Below the pieces are notes generated by a model. It was not told where the DNA came from. It saw nothing but the letters and a program-made list of their open reading frames with translations, and did not search any database. The translations under genes and the position numbers were made by a program. Below, one piece after another: positions 27,536 to 37,342 of a stretch of 64,000 nt of DNA (position 1 is its first letter; each line of letters opens with the position of its first letter). The DNA is taken from the NCBI GenBank assembly GCA_963739455.1, contig CAVUAK010000001.1, positions 448,001-512,000 on the forward strand. The letters are read 5' to 3'. Origin of the DNA: an uncultured Gemmatimonadales bacterium (GTDB lineage Bacteria; Gemmatimonadota; Gemmatimonadetes; Gemmatimonadales; GWC2-71-9).

Positions 27536-28413
27536 TAGTGGTGCTCCTCCTGCAGGAGACCGATGAACACGGCGCTTAGCAGCGCAAAGACATACGCCTG
27601 CAGGAATGCCACAAACAATTCCAGCAGCATGATCGCCGTCACCAATGCCGCCGTGATCAGGCCGACCCCCACGTTGAGCCCCTTGACCGCGCCGAAGATG
27701 AAGATGATCCCGAACAGCGACAGGATCACGAAGTGGCCCGCGATCATGTTGCCGAAGAGACGAACGGCCAGTGCAAACGGCTTGACCAGCTTCCCGATGA
27801 TCTCGATCGGGGCCATGCCGATCGACATGGCAAGCGCGCCGGCCGGGGGCAGCCCGTCGACGGGCGGAAAGATCGTGTGCAGGTATCCCTTCCAGCCCAG
27901 CTTCAGCATGCCACCGATTTCGATGGTCAGGAATACCAGGAACGCGAGGGCGCCGGTAACGGCCAGGTTGCTGGTGGGCGCCGCCCCGCCTGGAAGCATT
28001 CCGAGCAGGTTGCAGAAGAGCACGAAGAAGAACAGCGACACGATGAGCGGAGCGAAGCGCTCACCATGCGGAATGTTGGGCAGCGCCACTTCGTTGCGCA
28101 CCCAGAGCACGGCAGCTTCCACCGCGCCACTGAAACCGCGTGGGTGCTGGCCGGTGTTCCGCTGCTTCTGCAGCTGGCGTCCGGCGATCCACATCATCAG
28201 GAATACCAGCGTCGCCGCCAGCAGCATGAAGTAGACGTGCTTTGTGGGCGAGAGATTGAGCGTCAGCGACCCGATGTGAATGTCGGGGAAGCGATGCAGC
28301 TGGATATCGTAGCGCCACCAGCCCAGGTCAATGGGAATGGTCCAGGCATCGGCGGTGTGGTGCAGGACCATCTCGCCAATGTTGATGCCAGGCTCTTGCG
28401 ACGGATCGATCAT
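27535..28413 (-). CDS. atpB: ATP synthase F0 subunit a
   Basis: NLLGMLP, KPFALAVRLFGNMIAGH, ELFVAFLQAYVF. Confidence 0.95.
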   Translation of the reverse strand: MIDPSQEPGINIGEMVLHHTADAWTIPIDLGWWRYDIQLHRFPDIHIGSLTLNLSPTKHVYFMLLAATLVFLMMWIAGRQLQKQRNTGQHPRGFSGAVEAAVLWVRNEVALPNIPHGERFAPLIVSLFFFVLFCNLLGMLPGGAAPTSNLAVTGALAFLVFLTIEIGGMLKLGWKGYLHTIFPPVDGLPPAGALAMSIGMAPIEIIGKLVKPFALAVRLFGNMIAGHFVILSLFGIIFIFGAVKGLNVGVGLITAALVTAIMLLELFVAFLQAYVFALLSAVFIGLLQEEHH

Positions 28414-28748
28414 CGTGCGCTGCGCAGCTCCAGTACGAGCAGGGGCATGAGCACCCCCAGGTATCCAAGCGCCGCGGGCAGCGGCGGGAACATTTGTCGA
28501 TTTAGCACCACGGCCACCCCCAGGACGATCACGCCCCCGAACCTGAGCGCGACACCCCACAACCATCCCGCAGGAAAAGCAGAGCGCGGTGCGGTCGGTC
28601 CTCGCGCGAACCAACGGGCGGCCGCCTGGATGCCAAGGGCCAGCAGGCCGAACGCTGCGGCAACAAGTGCACCCTGTCTGCCGAAGACCAGTGCTGCGAG
28701 CCCAGCCACCAGTGCAATCAGCACGGCGCCTGCCTTGAGCAGGCTCAC
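28410..28748 (-). CDS. ATP synthase accessory membrane protein (AtpI-like)
   Basis: GTG start overlapping the corrected AtpZ stop (GTGA), four hydrophobic segments, directly upstream of atpB. Confidence 0.65.
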   Translation of the reverse strand: MSLLKAGAVLIALVAGLAALVFGRQGALVAAAFGLLALGIQAAARWFARGPTAPRSAFPAGWLWGVALRFGGVIVLGVAVVLNRQMFPPLPAALGYLGVLMPLLVLELRSAR

Positions 28749-28982
28749 TCGCCCTTCCCGCCCCGCTTTGTCTCCCCGATCACCTTGCGATAGACCGAGT
28801 AGAAACTCAGTCCCGCCGCCGACCAGGAGACCGGCGATCGTCAGGACAGGCAGGATCCGGAGCCACTTGTCCAGCAGGAAGCCCATGCCGGCGAAGAACA
28901 GCGTTCCGCCCGCGAACTGCATTCCCAGCGAGGCATACCGGTATGCCTCCCGGTTCTCCCCTTCACGCCCCGGTTGTGGCAT
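28745..28982 (-). CDS. AtpZ/AtpI family protein (frameshift near 28813)
   Basis: YASLGMQFAGGTLFFAGMGFLLDKW. Removing one G gives GLSFYSVYRKVIGETKRGGKGE*. Confidence 0.75.
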
Positions 28983-28991
28983 AGCCGGACG

Positions 28992-29020
28992 ATTTTAGCC
29001 GCTTGTGAAAAAAGGCGCAA
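28992..29020 (-). promoter_or_regulatory. sigma70 promoter of the atp operon
   Basis: Minus strand TTGCGC-N17-TAAAAT, 9 nt before the ATG. Confidence 0.55.
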
Positions 29021-29089
29021 GCGCCTGAGCCATGCTACTTTGGGGGACAGCGAACGTAACTTCCAGCCTCACTTGACCGTCGGGAACCG

Positions 29090-30109
<1,020 letters not shown>

Positions 30110-30128
30110 GCGCGATGGTTGCCGCGCG

Positions 30129-30164
30129 AAAAACGCCCGGGCAGGTGCCCGGGCGTTCTGTTTT
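30129..30164. terminator. Bidirectional intrinsic terminator
   Basis: AACGCCCGGGCA-GG-TGCCCGGGCGTT with A and T tracts, between convergent genes. Confidence 0.8.
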
Positions 30165-30181
30165 CGGCGCCAACAGCTGGA

Positions 30182-31270
30182 CTAGAGCAGGTTGTCCAGC
30201 GGGTCGAGAAGGTCCTCGAACAGGTCCAGTCCCTTGAGTACGGCGCCCCAGATCGCGGCGAGCGCTGCGTACTCCGGCGCGGTGAGCGCCGAGCCGTCGG
30301 GCTTGGTGATGGTGGCGACGTCACTGTTGTCATTGAGCGTTACGACGGCGAAGTCATCGCCATTGACGGTGGCGGTGAGCTCACCCACACCCTCCGTCAG
30401 GAGCCCGTCGATCCCGACATTGCCATGTGGACCGGTGAGCTTCACGTCGATATCGGCAAGCGCGGCTGCGGTGGAGACCTGTGTAATGCCGATGACGTAC
30501 TTGAGCGCGACATCGTGGGAAGGCGCATCAAGGCTGTAGTCAAACCCGATCGTCCCGTTCGCGACGTCCGAGTAGCTGTTCTTGAGGTTGAAGTTCACCT
30601 TGGTCGTGCCGTTCGTGACGAAGCCATCCACGACGGCCAGGCCGGTGGTCTCCGTAGCCGACCCCGATACGCCGTAGTCGACGTAGGTCACGCCGTCCGA
30701 CACGAGCTGCAACCGCACTGCATTGGTGTTCGTCGTGCTCTGGTCCAGCAGGTCCGCATAGCCGGCCTCCTGCAGCGGCTCGACCGGAACCCGCGTGATC
30801 GGGTTGACGGCATAGACGATGAAGCGCACGCCGTTCGCCGGCGCGCCGGTCCGCTCGCTCACCACGTAGGCATCAGTCTCCGTGCTGTACTCGAACGTCT
30901 TTCCCAGCACTTGGGCGGGAATGACGGCAAGCGCGACATGGCGCGCGATCCCGCCGTTGAAGCCCTCGACCGACCGCGCGATGCGCTGCGCCGACGCCGT
31001 CAGGCCAGTGGGATGTGATCCCAGCTTGATGGCGTTGATCGAGCTGCTCACCATCGGCGCACCGAAGACGGCGTCGATGCCACCGGCCGCCCAGGTCAGG
31101 CTCGCCATGGCGGGCGAATCGAAACTGGCGCCGACGGCGTTCATGTCCGCGCTGGTGCCTTCGGCGCTGAATGGTTCGCCGGAATTGTCGTCACCGCACG
31201 CAGCCAGTACGAGGGCGCATCCGGCGGCAATCCAGAGTCGGCGAAGCGGGTCGGGACGGAGTATGGACAT
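30182..31270 (-). CDS. Hypothetical beta-rich lipoprotein
   Basis: GGAGG RBS, lipobox LAAC-G. Confidence 0.8.
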   Translation of the reverse strand: MSILRPDPLRRLWIAAGCALVLAACGDDNSGEPFSAEGTSADMNAVGASFDSPAMASLTWAAGGIDAVFGAPMVSSSINAIKLGSHPTGLTASAQRIARSVEGFNGGIARHVALAVIPAQVLGKTFEYSTETDAYVVSERTGAPANGVRFIVYAVNPITRVPVEPLQEAGYADLLDQSTTNTNAVRLQLVSDGVTYVDYGVSGSATETTGLAVVDGFVTNGTTKVNFNLKNSYSDVANGTIGFDYSLDAPSHDVALKYVIGITQVSTAAALADIDVKLTGPHGNVGIDGLLTEGVGELTATVNGDDFAVVTLNDNSDVATITKPDGSALTAPEYAALAAIWGAVLKGLDLFEDLLDPLDNLL

Positions 31271-31510
31271 CTGCACCTCCAATAGGGACACATTCGTGCT
31301 GCAACGCCTTGCGGCGAGCAAAGTACAGCGCGCTATAAGTCTTTGTTTTGCTTATACTTAGACAACAGGTCAAGTTCGGTGATTCGAGCCCAGAACCGCT
31401 GGCAGGGGCAACGGATATGCCACCACGAAAGGCATTGTGACGGGGGTCCTGTTTGACGCTCGGTTGATCCCGCGGCATATCATGACCAACGACTCTTCCC
31501 TGACTTCGGC

Positions 31511-34500
31511 ATGCCCACACACTATCAGCTCCACTGCCTCGGAGAACCCGGCCTCTACACGCTGGGTGGCCGCCCGATCAAGCTGCGCACGCGCAAGCAA
31601 CTGGCGTTGCTCTGCTACCTGGCCATGGAGCCGCGTCCTCACACGCGCGATGCCCTGGCCGAGTTGCTGTGGCCGAAGGCGCCCCAGGGCGAGGCACGTC
31701 ATTCCCTCGCGACCGCGATGTCCGGACTCCGCGGCAAGCTCGGCAAGGAGATCTTCGAGTGCACCGTCGACCGGATCCGGCTCCGCCCCGGCGCGGTGAT
31801 ACTCGACGTCGACCGCCTGCTCAAGGGCGAGGTCCTGGGCACCGAGTTCGTTGAGCCGCTCGACGTCGACGGATTCCTGCAGGCCTGGGAAGTGCCCGAT
31901 GCGCTGCCCTTCGCGCACTGGCGCGACGCCGAGCATGCCCGTCTCCTCCCCAACGTGCGCGACGCCCTCGTCATCCTCATCGACCACTGCCGTCGCACCG
32001 GCGACTTCCGCCAGATCGAGACACTTGCCCTGAGGCTCCTCCGGTTCGACTCACTGAGCGAGGAGGGAATCCGGGCGCGGATGGAGGCGCGGGCCTTTGC
32101 CGGCGACCGACTCACGGCGCTTCGCCTGTTCAAGGACTGGAAGGCGGCGCTGGCACGGAGCCTTGGCGCCGCCCCGTCGCCGCTGCTCGAGGGCATGGCA
32201 CTCCGGCTGCGGCGCAGGGAGTGGGAACGTCCGGAGGCGCCCGATGTGCCGGCGGTGCGTACCGACCAGTGGCGTGGGCGGCCGTTCGTGGGTCGCGGCC
32301 GGGAGTACCGGCAGCTCTATGAGGCGTGGGAGGGAACGCAGCGCGGGGAGCCTCGCCACCGCCTGCTCCTGGGTGACTCAGGCATCGGCAAGAGCACGCT
32401 GGTGGAGCGCCTGACAACGGCGGCGGGGCTGGAGGGAGCCACCGTCGCTCGCGTGCAGTGCCACGACGTGGAGCGGGAGATTCCCTACGCCATGGTGACG
32501 GGGCTCATCTCGCAGCTGGTGGAGCGGCCGGGATCCTCTGCTGCACCGCCTGATGCGCTGGCAGAACTGGCGCAGACCATTCCGGCGGTTCGCCAGCGGT
32601 TCCCGGTGCTGCCGCCACCACTCGAGAGCCAGGGCGACGCCGCGCGCATCCGGTTCACCGAGGCGGCGCATGCGCTCATGGCGGCGGTGGCGGGAGAGCA
32701 CCCGGTCATCCTGGTCATCGATGACGGCCATCATGCCGACGATGTGAGCCTTGCAGTGCTGCACCGGGTCGTTCGCCTGGCTGACAAGCAGCAGATCCTG
32801 ATGCTCTTCGTCGCGCGCCCTGGTGAGCTGCAGCAGTCGCCGCAGGCCGCTCGCCTTCGCGACAATGGTGCATCACTCGGCATTCATCCACTCGAAATCC
32901 AGCCGCTGGAGGAGGACGATGCCCGGACGCTGCTCGACCTGCTCGTGGCGGAACTCCAGCTCACGCCGTCGGCCACTGTCCGTCGCGCGTTGCTCGGCGC
33001 GGCGGCGGGATTCCCGCTCGTGCTTGAACTCCTGGTGCGCGACTGGGCCCGTAGCGGGGCACAGTGCCTGGCACTGAGCCTGGATGCGGTAACGGCAGAT
33101 GCGGGACGGAAGAGCGAGCCGGATGAGGCATACCAGCTCCTGCTCGACCGGTTGGCAAGGACACTGGACCCTGGAACGCGGAACACGCTGCACGTGGCGG
33201 CGGTACTCGGGCCGAGGCTCAATGACTCGGCGTTGTATGCCCTGGCCGACCTGAGGGTCAGCGAGGTGATGACGGGCCTTACGACGCTGGTGCAGTACCG
33301 GATCCTGCGAGATGGTGGGGATCATCTCGAGTTCGCGAATGACCTGGTGCGGGCGCATGCGTACTACGCGGTGCCGGCGCCGATGCGGTTGCTGCTGCAC
33401 GGGTTGATTGCGGACGCATTGTTGGAGAGGGCGGCGAACGGAGACGACTCGCTAGGACTGGAGATCGCCTGGCATTGCATGCGGTGCGGAAGGAAGGAGG
33501 AGGCGACGAAAAACCTTCTCTCGGGTGCGCGCGCGTCCATCAAGCGCGGCGCAGTGCATGAAGCCGAACGAAGACTGGATTCTGGGCTGGTCTCCTTGGC
33601 AGGGGACGCACTTGGTGAGGCGCGCCTTCTCCTTGTGGAGTTGCTGCAAGAGCAGGGACGCTGGAAGGAGTCATCAACCTTACTCGCTTCATTCCCGGAA
33701 GAGCTGGCAACCGCGAGTGGCAAGTGCTTGGCAGGGATCGCGCTGCTCTACTCTGACGAGGCCTCCGAAGCTGACGAAATCTATCTAACAAGAGTCGCTC
33801 AATCGTGCATTGCAGACACCACTCTCGATCCGCAAACGCGGCTTCGGGCACTGCGTCTTGCTGGAGGCCTGGCTCTCACCACCCGGGAACCCTCCCTCCC
33901 AAGCCTCTTCTTGGAGACAGCGCGAGCGTCGGAGCGCACGAACTGGGACGATGACGAGAACTTGGAGTGGGATACGCAGATAGTCTACCTCACACACTAC
34001 ACGCATCGGAGAATTGAACAAAGCGAGATTACGTGTAGACATCTTGAGGCACTTGCCATACGTGCACGCGCGCATACTGTCGGCAATGCACGTTCGTTTA
34101 GGATTCTGGCTGGCTTGGGGTTGTGCCACCGCCGCGCCGGTCGCTACCCGCAGGCCATAGCGTCCTATGAGAACGCCCTTGAAATTCTCGCCCGCCTGGA
34201 GCGCACGCCTTCCCTAACGTTGACGCACGGTTCGCTTGCTTCATGCTATCGCGATTTAGGCGATATCGACGCACAACGAACACATGCTCTGCGCGGAGCG
34301 TCCCGTTCGCCCCCCGCCAATTGGTTTGACATTCAAGCCCTGTTCTGGGCGATCGAGGCCTGTCACCTCTTGGGCGACACGCGTTTAGCACGGGAGCTGG
34401 CGTTCTTTCTCGAATCCGCGCCCCGGTTGCCCATGCGAGCAAGGACGCTGCAAATGCTACTCATGTGTCGCGCTGACTTCGCTTGGCTTGAGGGTCGCAC

Positions 34501-34825
34501 AGTTGAAGCGCTGCAGCTCGGTCGGGCGGCGGTAGTTACCGTCACACCTGAGCAGATAGACCGCAGTAACGTCAGTACCATGGCGCGTTGGCTGGCCGTG
34601 TTGAGGGATCACAATGCCTGGGAGGTCGCGCTTGATGACTTTGTTGCCGGGGTCGAGGCGCTGCAGGCGGTGTGTTGGTGGGACGAGGTTGAGCGACTGC
34701 GCGCACTGGTCAAGCTTGGAGCGGAAGAAAAGTACCACCAGCTCGAGCTATCGAAGGCCGTACAATTTGTGCCCGTCAATATCGCAGCATACCTCAAGCG
34801 CTACGGATTGGGAGACCATACCTAA
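31511..34825 (+). CDS. SARP/BTAD-domain regulator with STAND-type AAA ATPase and C-terminal TPR-like region
   Basis: wHTH (LALLCYLA...RDALAELLWP), BTAD (LSEEGIRARM...GDRLTALRLF), FVGR..E, Walker A GDSGIGKS, Walker B VILVIDD, GFPL motif, TPR-like LGLCHRRAGRYPQAIASYENAL. Confidence 0.85.
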   Translation: MPTHYQLHCLGEPGLYTLGGRPIKLRTRKQLALLCYLAMEPRPHTRDALAELLWPKAPQGEARHSLATAMSGLRGKLGKEIFECTVDRIRLRPGAVILDVDRLLKGEVLGTEFVEPLDVDGFLQAWEVPDALPFAHWRDAEHARLLPNVRDALVILIDHCRRTGDFRQIETLALRLLRFDSLSEEGIRARMEARAFAGDRLTALRLFKDWKAALARSLGAAPSPLLEGMALRLRRREWERPEAPDVPAVRTDQWRGRPFVGRGREYRQLYEAWEGTQRGEPRHRLLLGDSGIGKSTLVERLTTAAGLEGATVARVQCHDVEREIPYAMVTGLISQLVERPGSSAAPPDALAELAQTIPAVRQRFPVLPPPLESQGDAARIRFTEAAHALMAAVAGEHPVILVIDDGHHADDVSLAVLHRVVRLADKQQILMLFVARPGELQQSPQAARLRDNGASLGIHPLEIQPLEEDDARTLLDLLVAELQLTPSATVRRALLGAAAGFPLVLELLVRDWARSGAQCLALSLDAVTADAGRKSEPDEAYQLLLDRLARTLDPGTRNTLHVAAVLGPRLNDSALYALADLRVSEVMTGLTTLVQYRILRDGGDHLEFANDLVRAHAYYAVPAPMRLLLHGLIADALLERAANGDDSLGLEIAWHCMRCGRKEEATKNLLSGARASIKRGAVHEAERRLDSGLVSLAGDALGEARLLLVELLQEQGRWKESSTLLASFPEELATASGKCLAGIALLYSDEASEADEIYLTRVAQSCIADTTLDPQTRLRALRLAGGLALTTREPSLPSLFLETARASERTNWDDDENLEWDTQIVYLTHYTHRRIEQSEITCRHLEALAIRARAHTVGNARSFRILAGLGLCHRRAGRYPQAIASYENALEILARLERTPSLTLTHGSLASCYRDLGDIDAQRTHALRGASRSPPANWFDIQALFWAIEACHLLGDTRLARELAFFLESAPRLPMRARTLQMLLMCRADFAWLEGRTVEALQLGRAAVVTVTPEQIDRSNVSTMARWLAVLRDHNAWEVALDDFVAGVEALQAVCWWDEVERLRALVKLGAEEKYHQLELSKAVQFVPVNIAAYLKRYGLGDHT

Positions 34826-34828
34826 CCG

Positions 34829-36220
34829 CTACGCACGCTTCGTTTTCCAGAACGCACCTGACGGTCGCGCGACACGGAGCGAACGCGGAGCAAGCGGCAC
34901 CGTTTCCTCGATAGCGCCTGACGGCCCTGCGATAAGGCGGCGCACCGCCACCGAGGACACTGCGACATCGACGATTGCCGGGTCAAACTGGGTACCACGG
35001 CACTTCTGAAGCTCAGCAATGACGATCTCTAGACTGAGACGCTTTCGATATGGTCGATCCGTCGTCATGGCATCAATGGTGTCCGCAATCAAGATGATTC
35101 GGGACGCCAGCGGAATCCCCGAGCTAGTGATCCCATCGGGATAGCCCTGACCATCCCACCTCTCATGATGATGCCGTACAGCATGTTGAATACTGCCGCG
35201 AAACTTGGAAATAATGCCAACCAATTCGGCGCTCTTTGCCGCGTGGGTCTGCATTAGTGCGGTCTCGTCATCGGAAAGTCGCGACTCCTTACGCAGAAGG
35301 GGGGCAAATTCCTCATGAATCTTCCCCACGTCGTGCAGCAACGCTGCCGTTTCGACCTCCTCGATCTGTTGCGCGGAAAGCTGTAGCTCGAGCGCAATCG
35401 CCCGCGACAGTTCGCGGACCCGGAGAGAATGGCCAGACGTGTACGGATCGCGCGCCTCGATCGCCTTCACCATGACTTGGAGGAGTTCCTGCCCACTTTC
35501 CTGGAGATTCTGGAAGAGGGCATATACATGGCGAAGGGCGACGATAGGCAACACAATCGCGATGAGGCCGACTGGCCCATATCCGATGCTGTCAACGCGG
35601 ACATAGAACCAAGACACAAACATCGAGATCACGCTCGCGCCGAGATCATAACCCAACATCCCACGCGCGTTTAGATGCCAGACCTCACGAAACGGTCGAT
35701 CAGAACCAAGTGACACTGCACCCGCAACGAGTAATTTATTCACGATCACATACACGCTGGCGAGCACGAAGAAGAGAAATAGGTCGCGCTGCACGTCCGC
35801 TGCCGCGGCAGGACCAACCAACAAGAACGACGGCGGAAACGACCCGCCAAGCAAGGTCTGATACACCAGCGCACCCAGCGCCACGGACAGCGCTCGTTGC
35901 GCAGGATTGAAAACCACCCGCTCCAGAGCAAGACCCCTACTCAGCGACGTCGCCAGGGATGCGGCCGCAGCAATTAGACCGCCCCAGAACCCTCCGAAGA
36001 GTGCCCCTGCCGAAAGGTGGACAACGAATGACGTGGAGCCTTGGGCCGAAACCCTGAGTTCGACCGGAGAGCGGTCCAGAAGGAACGACACGCCGATTAG
36101 GCTCGCGAGTGCGAGGACACCCGGAAAAGGCTGGCGAACGTACCAAGCACCGGCCATTGCTGCGGCCGCGCCAAGCACCACCAGAATTACGTAGATGTCT
36201 ACTGCCTTGAATCGGCGCAT
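34829..36220 (-). CDS. Membrane-anchored HD-GYP c-di-GMP phosphodiesterase
   Basis: N-terminal multi-TM sensor region, then AIEARDPYTSGHSLRV, LLHDVGK, HHERWDGQGYPDG, ADTIDAMTTDRPYR. Confidence 0.92.
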   Translation of the reverse strand: MRRFKAVDIYVILVVLGAAAAMAGAWYVRQPFPGVLALASLIGVSFLLDRSPVELRVSAQGSTSFVVHLSAGALFGGFWGGLIAAAASLATSLSRGLALERVVFNPAQRALSVALGALVYQTLLGGSFPPSFLLVGPAAAADVQRDLFLFFVLASVYVIVNKLLVAGAVSLGSDRPFREVWHLNARGMLGYDLGASVISMFVSWFYVRVDSIGYGPVGLIAIVLPIVALRHVYALFQNLQESGQELLQVMVKAIEARDPYTSGHSLRVRELSRAIALELQLSAQQIEEVETAALLHDVGKIHEEFAPLLRKESRLSDDETALMQTHAAKSAELVGIISKFRGSIQHAVRHHHERWDGQGYPDGITSSGIPLASRIILIADTIDAMTTDRPYRKRLSLEIVIAELQKCRGTQFDPAIVDVAVSSVAVRRLIAGPSGAIEETVPLAPRSLRVARPSGAFWKTKRA

Positions 36221-36262
36221 GATCCCTCGTGAAACAGAACTGGGGGCCAACCAGTCGACACG

Positions 36263-36343
36263 CTATTTCCAGTCGTCGCCTGATGTAAGCAGCGAAAGCA
36301 ACCAGGCCACGATGTTCACTGAATCGGCCTTGCGCGTCGTCAT
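36263..36343 (-). CDS. 26-aa small peptide (MTTRKADSVNIVAWLLSLLTSGDDWK)
   Basis: Not in the ORF track. Strong RBS GGAGGTG 7 nt before the ATG, basic N-terminus, hydrophobic core, GxxW-K end, 42 nt before the HD-GYP start. Confidence 0.7.
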   Translation of the reverse strand: MTTRKADSVNIVAWLLSLLTSGDDWK

Positions 36344-36580
36344 TGAGCGTCACCTCCCTCCGAGACCACTTCGTGTTGCACCTTCATGAAGTGGCGAGCC
36401 CCGCTATGGCTCTCCGTGACGCTCCGCTTTTTTGACCCGCTAATCTCCGCTATTTCCTGCTCGCGTAGACCGGGGCCCCCTTAAATCCGTTTGAATTTCC
36501 CTGTCATGCGGCGCCAGGTTGCGGACCCGGCCCCGCCGAACACTTCACATTCCAGACATACAGCCAGAATTCCGGTCGCG

Positions 36581-37342
36581 CTACGAGGGCCGCCTCAGGT
36601 TGGCCCACCGGTTCGTCGCATCCATCACCGCGAACACCGCCGCCCGCTCCGCGCTCTCGCGGATCTCGGCCGTGCCCGTCAGCAGCACCGTCTCGCGGCC
36701 GCTCAACCCCTGCGCCACGATGAACACGAACTCGCGATCGAACTCCTCCACCATCCGGACACCCTCGAGCGCCAGGGAGTGGTCGCCCAGCAGCCGATCC
36801 ACCGACGAGAGCGCGGCCTTTGCCGCCGCCTCGACCCTGCCCTTGATGTTGTCCATCGCCTCTTCCTCGGCGTGCTCCACCTGCCCGTCCATCGAGAGCG
36901 ATACCTGCACCGTCACCCGGTGCGGCCGGCGACCCGCCAGCACCGTGACGTTCTCGAAGAGCATGGCTCGCTGGAGCGAACGGTCACGCACCGCCGTCGA
37001 CTCGAGCGCTTCCAGCGGCTTCACGTCCGCCGTCTGCGCAATGCTGATCTTGCGATGATCGATCTTGAGCCCGAGGTGCGCCAGCAGCGCCGACTCGATG
37101 TTCCGCACCAGCTGCTTCGGCTGGAGCCCGGCCTGGGCCAGCACGTGCACCTCGCTCACCTCACCCAGCGGCGTCGTGACGACCCGCGCGGAGAGAATCC
37201 CCTCGAGACTGGTGAGGAGGTTCTCGGCACGGCGCACACCCCACGGATCCTGCACCTCGGGCGACGGCGTTGGCCGCGGGCCTGGGCTCGAGCCGGCGCC
37301 GGGCGCACCCGACATCGGCTGACGGAACGGAGATCCGGTCAC
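36581..37342 (-). CDS. Conserved hypothetical protein (EVHVLA...PKQLVRNIESAL...IDHRKISIAQ family)
   Basis: GTGA overlap with the cyclase stop, host-like codon usage, two compact alpha/beta domains. Confidence 0.8.
   Translation of the reverse strand: MTGSPFRQPMSGAPGAGSSPGPRPTPSPEVQDPWGVRRAENLLTSLEGILSARVVTTPLGEVSEVHVLAQAGLQPKQLVRNIESALLAHLGLKIDHRKISIAQTADVKPLEALESTAVRDRSLQRAMLFENVTVLAGRRPHRVTVQVSLSMDGQVEHAEEEAMDNIKGRVEAAAKAALSSVDRLLGDHSLALEGVRMVEEFDREFVFIVAQGLSGRETVLLTGTAEIRESAERAAVFAVMDATNRWANLRRPS

Noticed and set aside
28410..28982. Apparent AtpZ-AtpI fusion protein (190 aa)
   Set aside because: Removing one G near 28813 restores a normal AtpZ C-terminus and a GTGA-coupled second gene, so it is a likely indel artefact
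31295..31320. sigma54 promoter for the lipoprotein at 30182..31270
   Set aside because: TTGCA -12 is present but the invariant GG at -24 is missing
36361..36520. Known c-di-GMP-I/II riboswitch
   Set aside because: The GGCAAA/GNRA tetraloop-receptor and kink-turn consensus features could not be found by eye. Kept only as an unknown structured leader.
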